DNA of 63,964 nucleotides, counting the filler, from Polymyxa betae A26-41 (Eukaryota > Protista > Endomyxa: Phytomyxea): the NCBI GenBank assembly GCA_003693705.1. It is 8 parts of 8 records of this genome, joined end to end, with 100 filler letters (N's around TTAATTAATTAA, not from the genome) between each part and the next. Parts side by side here need not be neighbours in the genome. Positions count along the whole stretch, not along the records: positions 42,109 to 56,445 come from RBZT01000206.1; positions 56,546 to 59,735 come from RBZT01000134.1; positions 59,836 to 62,346 come from RBZT01000082.1; positions 62,447 to 63,964 come from RBZT01000579.1; 4 more parts are not named here. One strand, 5' to 3'. The translations under genes and the position numbers were made by a program. This document shows, piece by piece, positions 50,201 through 62,642 of this stretch. How positions within the stretch are numbered: position 1 is the stretch's first letter; the number at the start of each line of letters is the position of its first letter. A model generated the notes under the pieces. That model was not told the DNA's origin and made no database searches. It saw only the letters and a list, made by a program, of their open reading frames with translations.

Positions 50201-51800
50201 TGAATGAAGAGGAGTGAGCGAAACCCTAACCCCCCCCGTTGTACTCGAATTCGTGTCATTAGCTGTGACATTACCACGGACATTGTCCAGTATATCGTTG
50301 AAAACTCGTCCTGGTCCGTGATCATCTCCGAATCCGATTTTCTGGATCTATTACCCGGATTGGGACAAACTCCGCTAAGTGTATTAAGCCGCGGAATCCG
50401 CTCGATCTGGTCCGTCCGGAGTTTTCACCCCCCACGGACTATGTTTATTGAGATGCAGTTAGGTCCGGGCAGGCTGCGCCTCCATCTGCCACAGAGAGAG
50501 CTGCACTCGGACTGGTTCTGATCACCATCATCCAGCGGCGTCTTTTGGCTCTGAACGCATTTCCGGATTCGGACTTGGTCGAACTCAATTCGTGCCTGCA
50601 TCACATCATGTAACGTAGAGTAACGTTTCGCAGGGCATCGGTCTGACTCTGTGACAGGAACATGAGTGTCGATGAGCGTTCGCTGCGGAGTTATCAACGG
50701 GTCGCTTTGGACAGGTCGCCCTTTATGTTACATTGTCTACTCTCTGATTGATTTTCCAGCAACTTGAAATGTGCGAATCGCGAATTTCTGGAGGGTCTTA
50801 GCAGGCTGTATCCAGACAGCTCATCGCGTTGATCAATCTCATATGAAGTCCGTCTCTCAACGCAACTGGAATTTTTAGAGAAAAAGATTAAAAATTTACG
50901 TGAAGGGTTCGTTTGGTCGCTTCTTCCTGGACTTCAATCTATATGACAACGTTATGTTTCAGGTTGATGCACTTTCCAGAGGATTTTCTCCCAGAATCGT
51001 TCGCTCTCAGGTCGGTTTACGATACCCCCTGTCTGATTTCTGATCCTTCAATAACAGTGTGATGGAGTCTGAATCTATCCTGCCGATGATGTTACGACTG
51101 CAATTGGATTATTATGACGAGTCGCATCGGTTGCTCATCGATTATGGGCTGCGGAGTTTCCGCTCGGAATTGAAAACCAACAAGATCGGAGCGGATGTTT
51201 TGGAGTGTTTGCTGGAGCCGGATGCGTCTTGGCTGCAGAAAAACTTCTGGTTTCAGGCCATCTTTAAGCAAATCCGTGACCTAATGGGGCCAAAAGCTAT
51301 GAACAACACGGATGTGAAGAAATTGCTTTCATCCAGCTTGATATTTTAGTTTGTCTGAATACCAATTTTCAGAGTTCAGCAACTATGCTGAAATTAGAAT
51401 GTCTTTTAAAGAATTCAAATGGTCGCTCGGAACAGCAGAATATCAGCAAGATGACGATCTCATTCCTTACAAAACGATGTCCAATATTCACCATCTCTCA
51501 TCGTTGTAGTCGCTCTCTTAATACGGGTCATCGTTCGGAACCAGCACGGAAAAGATCCCAGAAGAAGAGCTGGGCTCTTTTAGCGCTCTTTTTAAGAATG
51601 TGAAAGTCAATTTTATGCAGAGATTGTTGGGCAACGGAGCGGAAAAACTTCAATCCGCCAATTTTGTGGAATTTGGATTCGGTCGATAAACTCGCAATCA
51701 GCAGATACGGAGCTGATTTAGAAATCGCATCAGATGTCAACCACTCATAATGTTGGTATTCTACCACATCAACGACTATCACGACTAATCTGCTGTCAGT
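47224..51800 (+). pseudogene. Large multi-exon secreted alpha-helical protein, apparently with disabling stops/frameshifts; 3' end approximate
   Basis: Signal MKSLLLLIGLCASAVHVLSA and a series of helical exons with GT-AG introns; I could not build one clean frame. Confidence 0.5.
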
Positions 51801-52584
51801 ATGATAACGCCGTCTACCAAAACAAATTACGATTCAAGCATCACCAAAAATCCTCTCAATCTGGAATCTCACAAAGTTGTTTGATGGCATCATCTGTAAA
51901 ATTTCAGATAACAGGCAATACTGGATTAGGGCCCAAATCGTTAGCAAAGATTTGAATGGGGAAATGAGAGCCGAAGTGTTCAGAGCGTTTAACCCATCAA
52001 TTGCTCACTCAACTGATTGGTGGCTCTGAAAATCTAGCAAACGTTGTTTGTGTTATTTCGGACTTATGAGAGTGTTAACGTCAGGAACAATATATAGGGA
52101 AAGACACTGCAAAGGCCGCAGACGGGCCTCTGGCCTTGTAAAGCCGCCCTTTCCCCAGTTTATTTAAAAGGGAAAAGAATGTGCTCTCGTCTGGTGACAG
52201 ATTCAGAGTGATGCGTCGGCGATAGTTGTTGGGGGATAGGTTTAGGGTTTAGGGAATTTGGTGTTCTTGGCACTTGGCTGCTACGTGCTGATGCTCATTA
52301 GAATGTTCCTGCCGTTAACTTTGTGCACGCTACACTCGTCTGACGCAGCCTCCCATGTACACCAATTGTTAGGGTTTAGGGCAACAGTCGCCACGGACAT
52401 AGATTTGGTTACGACTCGCACTACCAGTGGAATGCAGCCCTCACGGACGGTCTCCATGACGCATACAAGCCCGTGAGTACAGCAACCGAATTTCGCATTA
52501 AAATACAATCATCCATCTTGTCCTCATCTGAGAGCTTCGTCACTGTTTGTAGAACCCATCGCCTTCAAAGGATCCATCTCAGCC

Positions 52585-53676
52585 ATGACGAAACAGAGCG
52601 ATTGCAGCGCTCTCTACAGCCCTGTTAAGACACTTCCGACCCTGTTTAACCGCGAATCCAGCAGTGACTTAACGTTGCTCGTGAACGACACGAAATTCCA
52701 TTGTCACGGTGTGGTACTGGCCCCCCTCTGCGAATATGTGAATCGTTTCCTCGATTCACCTCTGGTGAAATCTGACAGCGATGATTTGGCCCTAAAGCCG
52801 GCGGATTCTGTGATCAATGTTGATCTTCCGGATCTCGAGATCCCAAAAAACTTCAAGAAGGACGAGAATGACGGCAGCAATGTGGTCTGGTTTGAGAAAT
52901 TTCTAAAACTTTTGTATGGCCTTCATGACATTTCTAGCGATAATCCAGCTGAAGTGTTCATTATGGCTCAGATCGCCGATTTTATAGTTTGCGAGTCGAT
53001 GCTGAAATTATGTGATGATATTCTCACGAAAATCAGGTACAACAAAACTAATGTTCTGAATGTGGCTTTATTCTGCCAAAGCTACCCTCTATCTAACACA
53101 TTTCAAGCTGTAAAGAAGTTCATTGCAGACAATATTATTGACCCCCGCTTTATTCTGCCAAAGCTACCCTCTATCTAACACATTTCAAGCTGTAAAGAAG
53201 TTCATTGCAGACAATATTATTGACCCCCTCTATCTAACACATTTCAAGCTGTAAAGAAGTTCATTGCAGACAATATTATTGACCTGCAAGGCGATCCAAA
53301 ACTTTACAAGATCCAGCTGGAACATTTCTTTGATATCATGAATCTACCTCCAGGCTGTCGAATGTGGCAGTTTTTTGCGGTGTTCTGCTATGCGACTGGA
53401 CAAGTTCCAGTCAAAAACCCGAATTCCAAAAAGAATGGTATTCGATATACAATTGCTAATACCCGTGCTATCAAAGATGCCGATAAAAGGAAGTTCTTTC
53501 AAGATGTGGTGCTTTCATCCAGTAAAAAATGGAATCAACAGACGTTGAATAACATCAACAAATATTTCAACGCAAAGGAGAGTACGAGTCGGCAAAGTTT
53601 TGGCGGCTCAGCAAAAGACCGAGCTTTTCTTTCCGAGACTTTGCTGCAGTGTTACTACCGCTTACAATGCACCTAG
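52585..53676 (+). pseudogene. BTB/POZ-domain gene interrupted by nested tandem duplications (53065-53284)
   Basis: SDLTLLVNDTKFHCHGVVLAPLCEY...FEKFLKLLY. Duplications of 82 and 59 bp give a stop at 53176; the frame resumes downstream. Confidence 0.8.
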
Positions 53677-54792
53677 CAAAATCCTGATTTTCTCCAGAAT
53701 CTCGTTCAATAAACGCACCACTCGATCAGTGTGATTTGCAAACCCTGTTTAGAACACATGATTCACCCTATCTTGTAATCAGAGCTGTAGTATTCCACAG
53801 AAAATTTCATAGAGGCTTAAGATCCATCTGTTAAAATGTCGAAGTTATCTCTCACAGTCATTTTTCGCAGCATTCCGCAGAAGTCCGCGATCATTTTGCA
53901 GTTTCCATCTTTGTTTAAAACTGCAGTTTGTTGGCAATTTTGTATTGTGTTCGGTACCTGAATAATGTTCGTTTCAGTTTGCTGAATTTTATCAATAACC
54001 TTTCAGTCAATATCAGTTTCAGTCAACGCTATCATTAGGCTGCGTGTAGCAAGTGTTTCAGAAACAAGATTCAATGCCGAAGTGCTGCAAGTTCTCTCTC
54101 AGCAATCGTCCGGCTGTAAATTGAAGTATCTTACGAGAGCAATGTGGCCTGCAATGGGACCAATATTGTCATAACCTTAAAATCACCCTGATTTCCGGTC
54201 TACAATCACGATACAAAAGCTCGAACTTATATCCAGTCTGTGTCACAAAATTGCCTTAATCCGGGAGCTCCGTCGCGACTCACTCAAATGCAATCCATGT
54301 TTGAACGAATGGAGGATTTTCGTTGGTGGTCCAGTATGACGCTGTCTCATTTCATGCTCCAAAATCTGCGTACAATTCTTCAAAATGCACGACCGTTGTA
54401 TCGCTTGGCACACATGGGCCGGTATGGCCTGTTCGTCGTCTTTTCAGAGCGAAATGAGACCGATCTGTCCTGTCGCTGCTGGAAAAGCGAAGGTTGAGAT
54501 TCCGGAATACTTCAAGGAAGAAGTTTGGGCGGGAAAAAATCGGTCTTAGACGGGTCCGTGACATCTTCTCCTGCAGCTGCCTCAAGGCTCCGGACTCGGG
54601 CGAACAAATCGCTGCGCGCTGAATCCCCGTCGACCATTCAGTACCAGTTATCCCGTCCAGTTTTTTATTAATTAAAAAAAATAAAAAAATAAAAAAATAT
54701 GTAAAAATGATAAAAATAAGAAAAAAAAGAAAAAAGTACGATTTTTGGCTCGAAAACACTTCTAAAGCTCGAGCAGCGATTCTTCCAAAAGT

Positions 54793-55674
54793 TCATTTAT
54801 TGGATTTGATTTCGGGATATTGTTCGGGCTTAGCTGGAATGTGAATCGGTATGGGGGTGGGCTGGGGCTCCTTATCTTTAGCGATATGATCGGCGTCGAT
54901 CTGATTGAATCGGATCGGGGCCACGGTCATGACCGAGATCGCCTGCGGCGCCGTCCGATCCCGTCCGGCCCACGACGCCGTCGACGACCGCTTCATGATC
55001 GACACGATCACGAGCAGGTTCGTGGCGAACACCGTCACCGATCGGAAGTCGCTATAATACTGATGGACGACGATCGCGCTCAGCACGATATTGACGACGA
55101 ACAGGACGGCGACGATCGCGAAGCTCCCGAACACGCGATCATTATGCCAATAGAACCCGGCCCGAATGCGGTCGTACTGGCCCAGGACGGTCTCGAGGTG
55201 GGTCTGCGGCACGTTCGGGTCCGTGTCCAGGAACTCGATCATGAAGCGCTCCTTGTTCCAGATCGTCCAATAATGCAGCATGAGGAAGGCGAACGTGACG
55301 AAGTTGAAGATGAGGGCGGCGAGGTTGATGGCGTCCTCGAGGACGTCGAAGTTCTCCTCCTCCGAGCACGAATGCGGATACTGCTTGGACGGGTCGGGCG
55401 AATCGGGCTCGGCCGGGCACAGCTGCGGGACCAGCACGACCAGCAGGCAGGCGAGCGCCGCCTTGAACCCTTCGGTGGCGATCATCAGCAGGGTGACGAT
55501 CTTGTCGCGGAAATCGGCGTCCGAGACGCCCTTCTTGACGGATTTCAGCCGAGGCAGCGGCGGCGTCGCTTTCATCGCTGCGATGGGAGGTCGGGCCTCG
55601 GACGAGTACGCCCCAAACGATCCACTGTGATGTTCGATCTCGTCATACAGATCGGGCGCCGAGCATCTACGCAA
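54793..55674 (-). CDS. Intronless, GC-rich multi-pass membrane protein
   Basis: 293-aa ORF with about four hydrophobic segments and VPQLC...HSCS.EEN. Codon third positions are almost all G/C, unlike the flanks. Confidence 0.85.
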   Translation of the reverse strand: MRRCSAPDLYDEIEHHSGSFGAYSSEARPPIAAMKATPPLPRLKSVKKGVSDADFRDKIVTLLMIATEGFKAALACLLVVLVPQLCPAEPDSPDPSKQYPHSCSEEENFDVLEDAINLAALIFNFVTFAFLMLHYWTIWNKERFMIEFLDTDPNVPQTHLETVLGQYDRIRAGFYWHNDRVFGSFAIVAVLFVVNIVLSAIVVHQYYSDFRSVTVFATNLLVIVSIMKRSSTASWAGRDRTAPQAISVMTVAPIRFNQIDADHIAKDKEPQPTPIPIHIPAKPEQYPEIKSNK

Positions 55675-56545
55675 CTTATCGGAATATTATCTCCTTTTTT
55701 GAACAACTTACAAAAAACACGCACTTTTTTTCAGTGTTTATTTTTATCTCTATAAAATGCCAGCTTGAAAAAGCCTCTGATAAACTAATTCTTTCTTATT
55801 ACCGATACCATCCCGTCTTCCCGTGTCAGTTCTATGGCTTATAACTGATAATCTCTCATCACTCATAACAAATAAACATTTTGCTAAAATCGGTTATAAG
55901 AGAGTAAAATGAAAAAACGCTCTATCATATTAGATTGCAAGCAATTAGGGTTTATTGGTTAAATAATGAGCGTATAGCTCACTGCTTCTGGCCAGATAGG
56001 CGTTTTCCGTAAGTTCAGAGGTTAATCCATAGAAGATAAGATGAATGGTTTTGATTCGGAAGAATATTGAGGAGGATGATCATCAAGAGTATCGAGACAG
56101 ATTTTCAGAGCATTTCCCTTCTTTTTAACCAATAATGGTTCTATTTGCCCCTCTTTCTCCATGACTTCAACGTTAAGGGAGCCAGTTACCTTTCCAACGG
56201 CCTCATGACGTTGGTCACTTTGAGTCGTCGTCCTAGCTTGATACATGCAGGCGGAGCTCTCCGCAACTTTGAAACGATTATGTTACCGTATGACAGAAAA
56301 ATCCAACTAGACCGAATATCCCGTATTTGAGGGTCAACGACAAAAATGACCGTATTTCCGGTCCTCTTGGGACAAAAATGCGAATCCGTATCATCGAAAA
56401 TGCAGCAATTTTTGCAACATTAAGTTTGGGGTTGGGGGTCAGGGTNNNNNNNNNNNNNNNNNNNNNNNNNNNNNNNNNNNNNNNNNNNNTTAATTAATTA
56501 ANNNNNNNNNNNNNNNNNNNNNNNNNNNNNNNNNNNNNNNNNNNN

Positions 56546-57754
56546 CATGTCACGCTGACGTTTGAAAACCTCCTTCTGTTCTGTAACAGATGGTTGCAAC
56601 GGGCACTCAGACATCCGATGGCCCAGGCTGACGGCACTTGAAGCAGGTTATTTCCTGCTTAGAAAACTTTGTCGCAGAATTCGAACCCTTCGCATGGCCC
56701 ATTTCGGAAGACTTTCGTTTATGAGAGCCTGGACGGCTCTGCATAGCCACGTCACTTTCAAACATGGGGATCTGCTTTCCAGCCTCTTCAAAAAACAGCT
56801 CAGGGTTTATTTTGAAGTTCAGGCCGCGTAATCTCCACAATCGTGCGCATATGCTGTCGCAAACGATATGGTTGCAACGCATTCAACATGAAGCGCACCC
56901 AATTCTTCTTGCCAGCATCACTGTTAAACACATCCTGCAGGTTGTGTCGTCGGGTGATGTCATCCATCAAACACACAAGGGCGTCTAACCGAGCAAACGG
57001 TGACTTTATGTTCGCATCCATTTTGAGTTCTTCCTTAAAGATGACATGGACCCTCGAATGAGAAGTCTTGTCTTTCTTCACGTACTCTTTCAAAAAGCCG
57101 AGCAGCACTTCATCTGTCAGCTGTTCAATATTTATTTTTAGATGCCACTTGGCAATCATCTGTAATAATAGAGGGTCAATCATGGACGCAACACTGCGTG
57201 ACCCGGGAATATGGCCAACACTGGCTCGACAAGCATCCTCCACACGGAGAATATAAACGCGGTATTTTTCCAACCAGTTCAAAATTTCATACGTATCAGT
57301 GGAGCGGAGCACTGGAGCCTCATTTGCCTCTACATGAACCATGGCTCCCGCAACCCTATCACTCGATAGAGTAGATGCCAACCCGGCACCAAACGGCATT
57401 TGTGACTGCCGCTGGCCTTCAGCAACTGATGAATTTTGACCTGCGGTCATGGTTGGCTGATCATCCACCACCATTGAATCCTGGGAGTTACGAGCACCAG
57501 TCGCACTCGACATCGCGTCTCCAAATTTCGTAGCACTAGAATAATTATTCCGTGGCTTGAATCGGAGATTCAACCAAATAAGAAATAATATGGAAAAAGT
57601 TAATCTGTTTATTGCCACAGCATTAGTGCTCCTTATATAGAAAAAGGAATGCAAATTCTCGTTATGGTACCTTCCAAGACTTCATGTAATATAACATGTA
57701 ACATAACAGTTACAGTAGGGCGCAATAAGTGTTCGCAATTATTACTGCACTACA
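56546..57754 (-). mobile_element. Gypsy 5' part: LTR ~57754-57529 and gag with a CCHC-like knuckle (frameshifted)
   Basis: TGTAGTGC...GTGCTACG with TATATAA and AATAAA; gag APVLRSTD...SVASMID; CFKCRQPG. Confidence 0.75.
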
Positions 57755-57835
57755 CACTAACTCAATGTAGCGACTACCTTGTATTTGGTGGAGAGATTAG
57801 TAACAGCTGGAGATATTTGTTAGGGTTTGTGACTC

Positions 57836-59735
57836 TGAGACGTGCAAACTCAACGAAAATCTTCTGTTGAGCAACAGGTTGCGCTTTCTCAACAATCGTT
57901 GAGTTTGAGTTTATGACTGCATGCATTGAGTTTGATCAGCGACTGTATGACCGGCAGGAAACTCAAACTCAAAAACGAATCTGGCGCACCGAATTGTCTC
58001 TAATGTATTTACATATATGAGACCATGAATCGATCTTAGTCTACTCGATCGATTGTACGGTAGATGTTGGTAGTTATTTTCAAAAAGAGAATCTGAAAAA
58101 AGGCGACTCACGCCTCATTCCCCTCCTGTAGAAACAATCTCATCTAAAACTGCTGCTAAATTAACAACATTTGGCGATCGAGACTTCTTGATTAAGGTGA
58201 TGACATGATGACGACATTGGGCCAAATGATGAGATAAACTTTCCCAATGATCAAATTCTGAAGAGAGGCCTCGCCATCGAATCTGAAGGGACCACTGACC
58301 CTTCTTATTACACTTTGCATCGGCAATATCGTCAATTTCGAAGCCTTCATCATCATGTGCTATCTGTGTTAACAAGTCATCTGTAACATTCAGACTTGAA
58401 TCTGAGTAAAATCGAAGACGCTGTGCGTGAATCTCAAAAACCTGATGTGAGACCAGATTTTCAACAGAAAAAACGAGATCAGCAATGACATCTTTGATGA
58501 GAGCAGGACCATGCCATTTGAATAGGAGTTTACTAGAATTTTGGCGCTGTGTCATAGCATAGAGAACGTAATCACCGACAGTGAAATTAGCTGCGGGATA
58601 TTTACGCTTAGAGTTTTTGCGAACTCGGCTACTAACACGACTTTCGGCAACGTCAGCGTGCATTTTAGATAACGACTCTTTCAAGTCAGAAACACGCTTG
58701 GCCATCTCCTCCTCCGATAGGGGCATTGACATAATCTCCTGTTTACGTGGGTTCCAAATTGCGTCGAGAGGAGTCGACGGATCTCGTGCAGTGAACAATG
58801 TAATCGGGGCGAAACCTAAGGCGGGCGGAATGGTATTATTCAAAGCAAAACGTACAATTGGTACAATCGCGCAGAGCCAGGCGAAACTCCGAAATTAACG
58901 ATCGAAAGACCGATAAAATATGATGATTAGCTGTTTCGACACCTCCGTGCGTCCACGGGCAGTACGCCAAGTGAAATTGATGTGTGGCACGCATGCGTAG
59001 AGGTAATTCAGCAATAATATAATTCACAAAATGAGTACCACGGTCTGTGACCCAAACGGGGGCTATTCCATGACGAGAAAACCAATCTAACAAAGAATCA
59101 GCGGCATGAGCAGCGCTGGGCTCAACCGCAGGAAACATATCGACATAGCCTGAAAGTCGATCGCGAATAACCAACAAGTGTTTTGACTGAAAATTAGAAG
59201 GACCGATATATAGATAATCGAAATCAATAATCTCGTTAGCTACTGTAGGAGCAGCTGTAGCACCGAACGATCTAGGGACTACATCACCAGCTTTGCCTGG
59301 CACACAATGTAAACATAAGCGAACAAATTCCGCGACATCAGCTCGTATAGTCGACAAAAAAAGCGAGGAAGTAAAACAGAAAGCGTTGCTGAGACACCAC
59401 GATGGCCAGAAGAGCCACAATGCGCGACTATCAAAATACGTAGTTGAAGTGTTTTAACACTTTCAGGAATCCATAGGACGCCAGTATCGCTAATAAAAAG
59501 TCCAGCTAGATTACGAAAAAAATTAATCGATCCAATAACGTAGGATTCGACATCACCATTTAGAGCTTCGCGCTGAACATCAGCAATCTCAGACTCTGTA
59601 GGGAACACGTGGTCCTGCAAAGGATTAACGATGCCTGCAGGAATGTTGGACTGTCGTTTCAATCTACAAACTCGGAGTGGTATAACTGAAGGACCAGCAC
59701 CCCACCGCGAAAGCATATCCGCCCAAACATTGAAC
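57836..59735 (-). mobile_element. Chromodomain-bearing Gypsy 3' part: RNase H end, integrase, chromodomain, PPT, 3' LTR 58117-57836
   Basis: NVWADMLSRW; [14 protein letters not shown]; DFDYL..D..S..TDRGTHF..WTHGGVE; WHGP; chromodomain FEIDDI...IRWRGL...WE; PPT GGAGGGGAA; LTR TGAGGCGTG...CACGTCTCA. Confidence 0.92.
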
Positions 59736-60246
59736 NNNNNNNNNNNNNNNNNNNNNNNNNNNNNNNNNNNNNNNNNNNNTTAATTAATTAANNNNNNNNN
59801 NNNNNNNNNNNNNNNNNNNNNNNNNNNNNNNNNNNGCTATCGATTGAACTTGTGCTGTTGCTATTGGAAACAACTCGATGAGATCACCGCGGCTGCAACA
59901 AAAAATTCCATAATAAAATTGCATTCTGTTAGTGGTTGATGTCGAACATCCTTCGGCAACAGAATGTAAACGATTCAGAATTTGTCCGTCTGATCTCTCA
60001 TAGAATCAGGAAAGGATTCTTTCCGTCTCCCTCTATAGACAGGCAACGCCTTATGATTCAAAGCAACTTTTTAGCAAGCTTAGTATTGCGAATCAATGCA
60101 AACAGCAAGAAATAAGCCCGTCTGTACGAGCGGTTTCGAGATTGCTGCTTTCACTAAACCCGTTAAACATGTGTTGTCTCGGTTTAGATAAATATAAATA
60201 TACAATCTCATGGCGATTATCTAGCAAGGTCGTGGGAGGAGATCGA

Positions 60247-62250
60247 TTACAGGTCAGTGTCGTCGTCAGTTAAAGCGGCAATTAAACGTGCCGCCTTGAC
60301 TCGGCTTGTATCTGCATCGAGATGATCATTGTTGTCTCCTTTGGATTCTGACTCGTCAGCGGAGCTCATATCATTGCTTTCAGAGCCGGACTCGTCATCG
60401 TACCATTTGCTCTGAAACTGAGTCCTGGCAATCACAGCAGCGGTATTCGTATCCGAGAACCGAGGCAATCTTTGCGATGGGTGAATAGGTCCTTTGCTGG
60501 ATTGCTGCGAAGATACCGACGTCACTGTTGATCTGGTCATGCCCAATATTGGCGACGATCTCCGTCTGGGATCAAGCGACATTTCCATGCTGTTGGGAGC
60601 CGAACTTGCCGAATCTTCATCCACTGACATGTCGACATTCATTGGAGACTTCTCGACGAATACTTCGAGCATATTGGAGCTCAGATCGTGCGCCACATCT
60701 AACAAACAAACTCAGCAAACAAACAGATCGCGGTATACAATGAGCTTACCAGTCTTATCTACATCGACGGGACCAGCTTCGATAGAATTACGATCTGAAG
60801 GCCGTTAGAAAAAGAGTATGTGCTCATATGCCCAGCTTACGCTCAGAGTTAATACACTGACTTTGCATCTCGAAGAAATCCTGCGATTCCGACCTCCTCT
60901 CAGCTTTGCAACTCTCAAGCTAAACGAAAATAAATAACAATTCGATAGGAAAAGAAGACGATTTCAACTTACACTATCCACTGTTATTGGGGTGTACAGT
61001 GTCGATAACCCTTGAATTAACGAGGATACTGGACCATCAAAGAACCGAATGCATTCTTGGAAACTTGCAGCTGAACATGTTTGATCGAAATGGAAAGAAG
61101 CCTCGGCCCTAAACAATCGATTTGTCAAACGCATTTATAGAGTCGTGCGAAATGAGAGTTTACTTGATATCGGAACCGCCAGCATGAAAGAATTTGAAAG
61201 CACCGTTGTGGTAGGATTCAGGAGCCTTGTCGAAAAGACCCGCACAAACTATTTCTGCGGCAGTAGCGATTTCAATATCTGGATCATGGCAGAAGCAGCT
61301 TAGTGTTTTTCCAAGCTAAAATAAGCGATTGATTAGAAAAAATGGAGTTAACGAGAATCATGAATGAGCACCTTAGCGAAGTGTCTCGAGGAAATTTCAA
61401 AGCTAAGCTCATCAAGCATCGCATCTGCATGAATAATTTAGATTAGTGCATACAAAAGATATTAGAGAAGCAACCTAGCAGCCACAGGCAAGGTTTTCTC
61501 CAACCGGCCTCATCTGAAGAAAGAATATCCTCAAGAAGTTCGACAGAAAATAAAGGATTCTGCATAAGCGATTCACTTAAGATGCGACGGCAGAGCTCAG
61601 GCACAATGTTTAACAGATCGTCTATCGAGACGACCGAATCTGGTGAGCTGAAAAGAATGTCAGATAGGCAAATCCAGAGCGACACTTTTTTTTTACTTGG
61701 AGTGTACATCACCCTTGTGCATAAAATTTAGTTCTTTGGTTGATATCAAAGAATGTTTGGATATCCTACGAGTTCCTTGAACTCCACTCGTCCTTCCGAC
61801 TGTAGAGATTATTGATTGACGTGATCCCGATGATGGCACTGCTCGCAAAATCAATATGTAAAGATCACTATGCCGAAATAAAACCATACTATCTGGGCTG
61901 GGCATCGTATGGCGATTGACGGCACGGATGTCATCAGCAGAGCCAGAGCAAATCGCCACGATGACGCGATGAAGATTCTCCATGCACGCACAGGCAGATG
62001 GACGAATTTTCTGCAGGTGCTTGATAACAGCATCCATATCTGAGTCTGAACGCCTTGTCAGACAGAGATTAGCCCCATTGATAAAGAAGAACCTTCAATG
62101 ATGACTTTTCTGGTCTCAAGCTCGATCATCATAGCCAAAACTGTGACAGTAACAATGACATCAACGATGGAAGCCTGATCAGGAATAGCTCGGCTAATCA
62201 TAAGCTGGGCTTGAATTAGAATATGAATTGCAGCTGAACGCCGATTCATT
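60247..62250 (-). CDS. Multi-exon hypothetical protein (helical region plus acidic disordered C-terminus), possibly disrupted
   Basis: Series of minus-strand ORFs joined by GT-AG introns; no recognisable domain. Confidence 0.45.
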
Positions 62251-62446
62251 TACCAGAACATGCAATGTAGATGGAAAGGTTTCCTCGGTTGTAAAACCTT
62301 TAGCAGTAACTGAATGGATCGAGGAGAATTCCCACAAAGGCTTTAANNNNNNNNNNNNNNNNNNNNNNNNNNNNNNNNNNNNNNNNNNNNTTAATTAATT
62401 AANNNNNNNNNNNNNNNNNNNNNNNNNNNNNNNNNNNNNNNNNNNN

Positions 62447-62642
62447 GCGCCGGAGTTAGGTCCCAGAATGTCAGTTTCATTATCATCAGCTATTTATATC
62501 CAATCAATTACTAATAAACTTTTATCGAAGTTGAATAAAAGGCCGTGTATTGCACGAGAGATTCTGGTACCTTAGCCACACTTCGTTCATAATCAATCTG
62601 AATTCTCTTATCCGGCAACACCAAATAGCTGTTGATTCAACA
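62447..62642 (+). mobile_element. Second copy of the LTR end seen at 27797-27991
   Basis: Near-identical sequence ending in TCAACA. Confidence 0.75.

Noticed and set aside
54661-54736. A-rich tract as the poly(A) tail of a retrocopy
   Set aside because: It is T-rich on the sense strand of the adjacent minus-strand gene, and I found no TSD.
54820-55755. 311-aa plus-strand ORF
   Set aside because: Antisense shadow of the high-GC3 membrane-protein gene.
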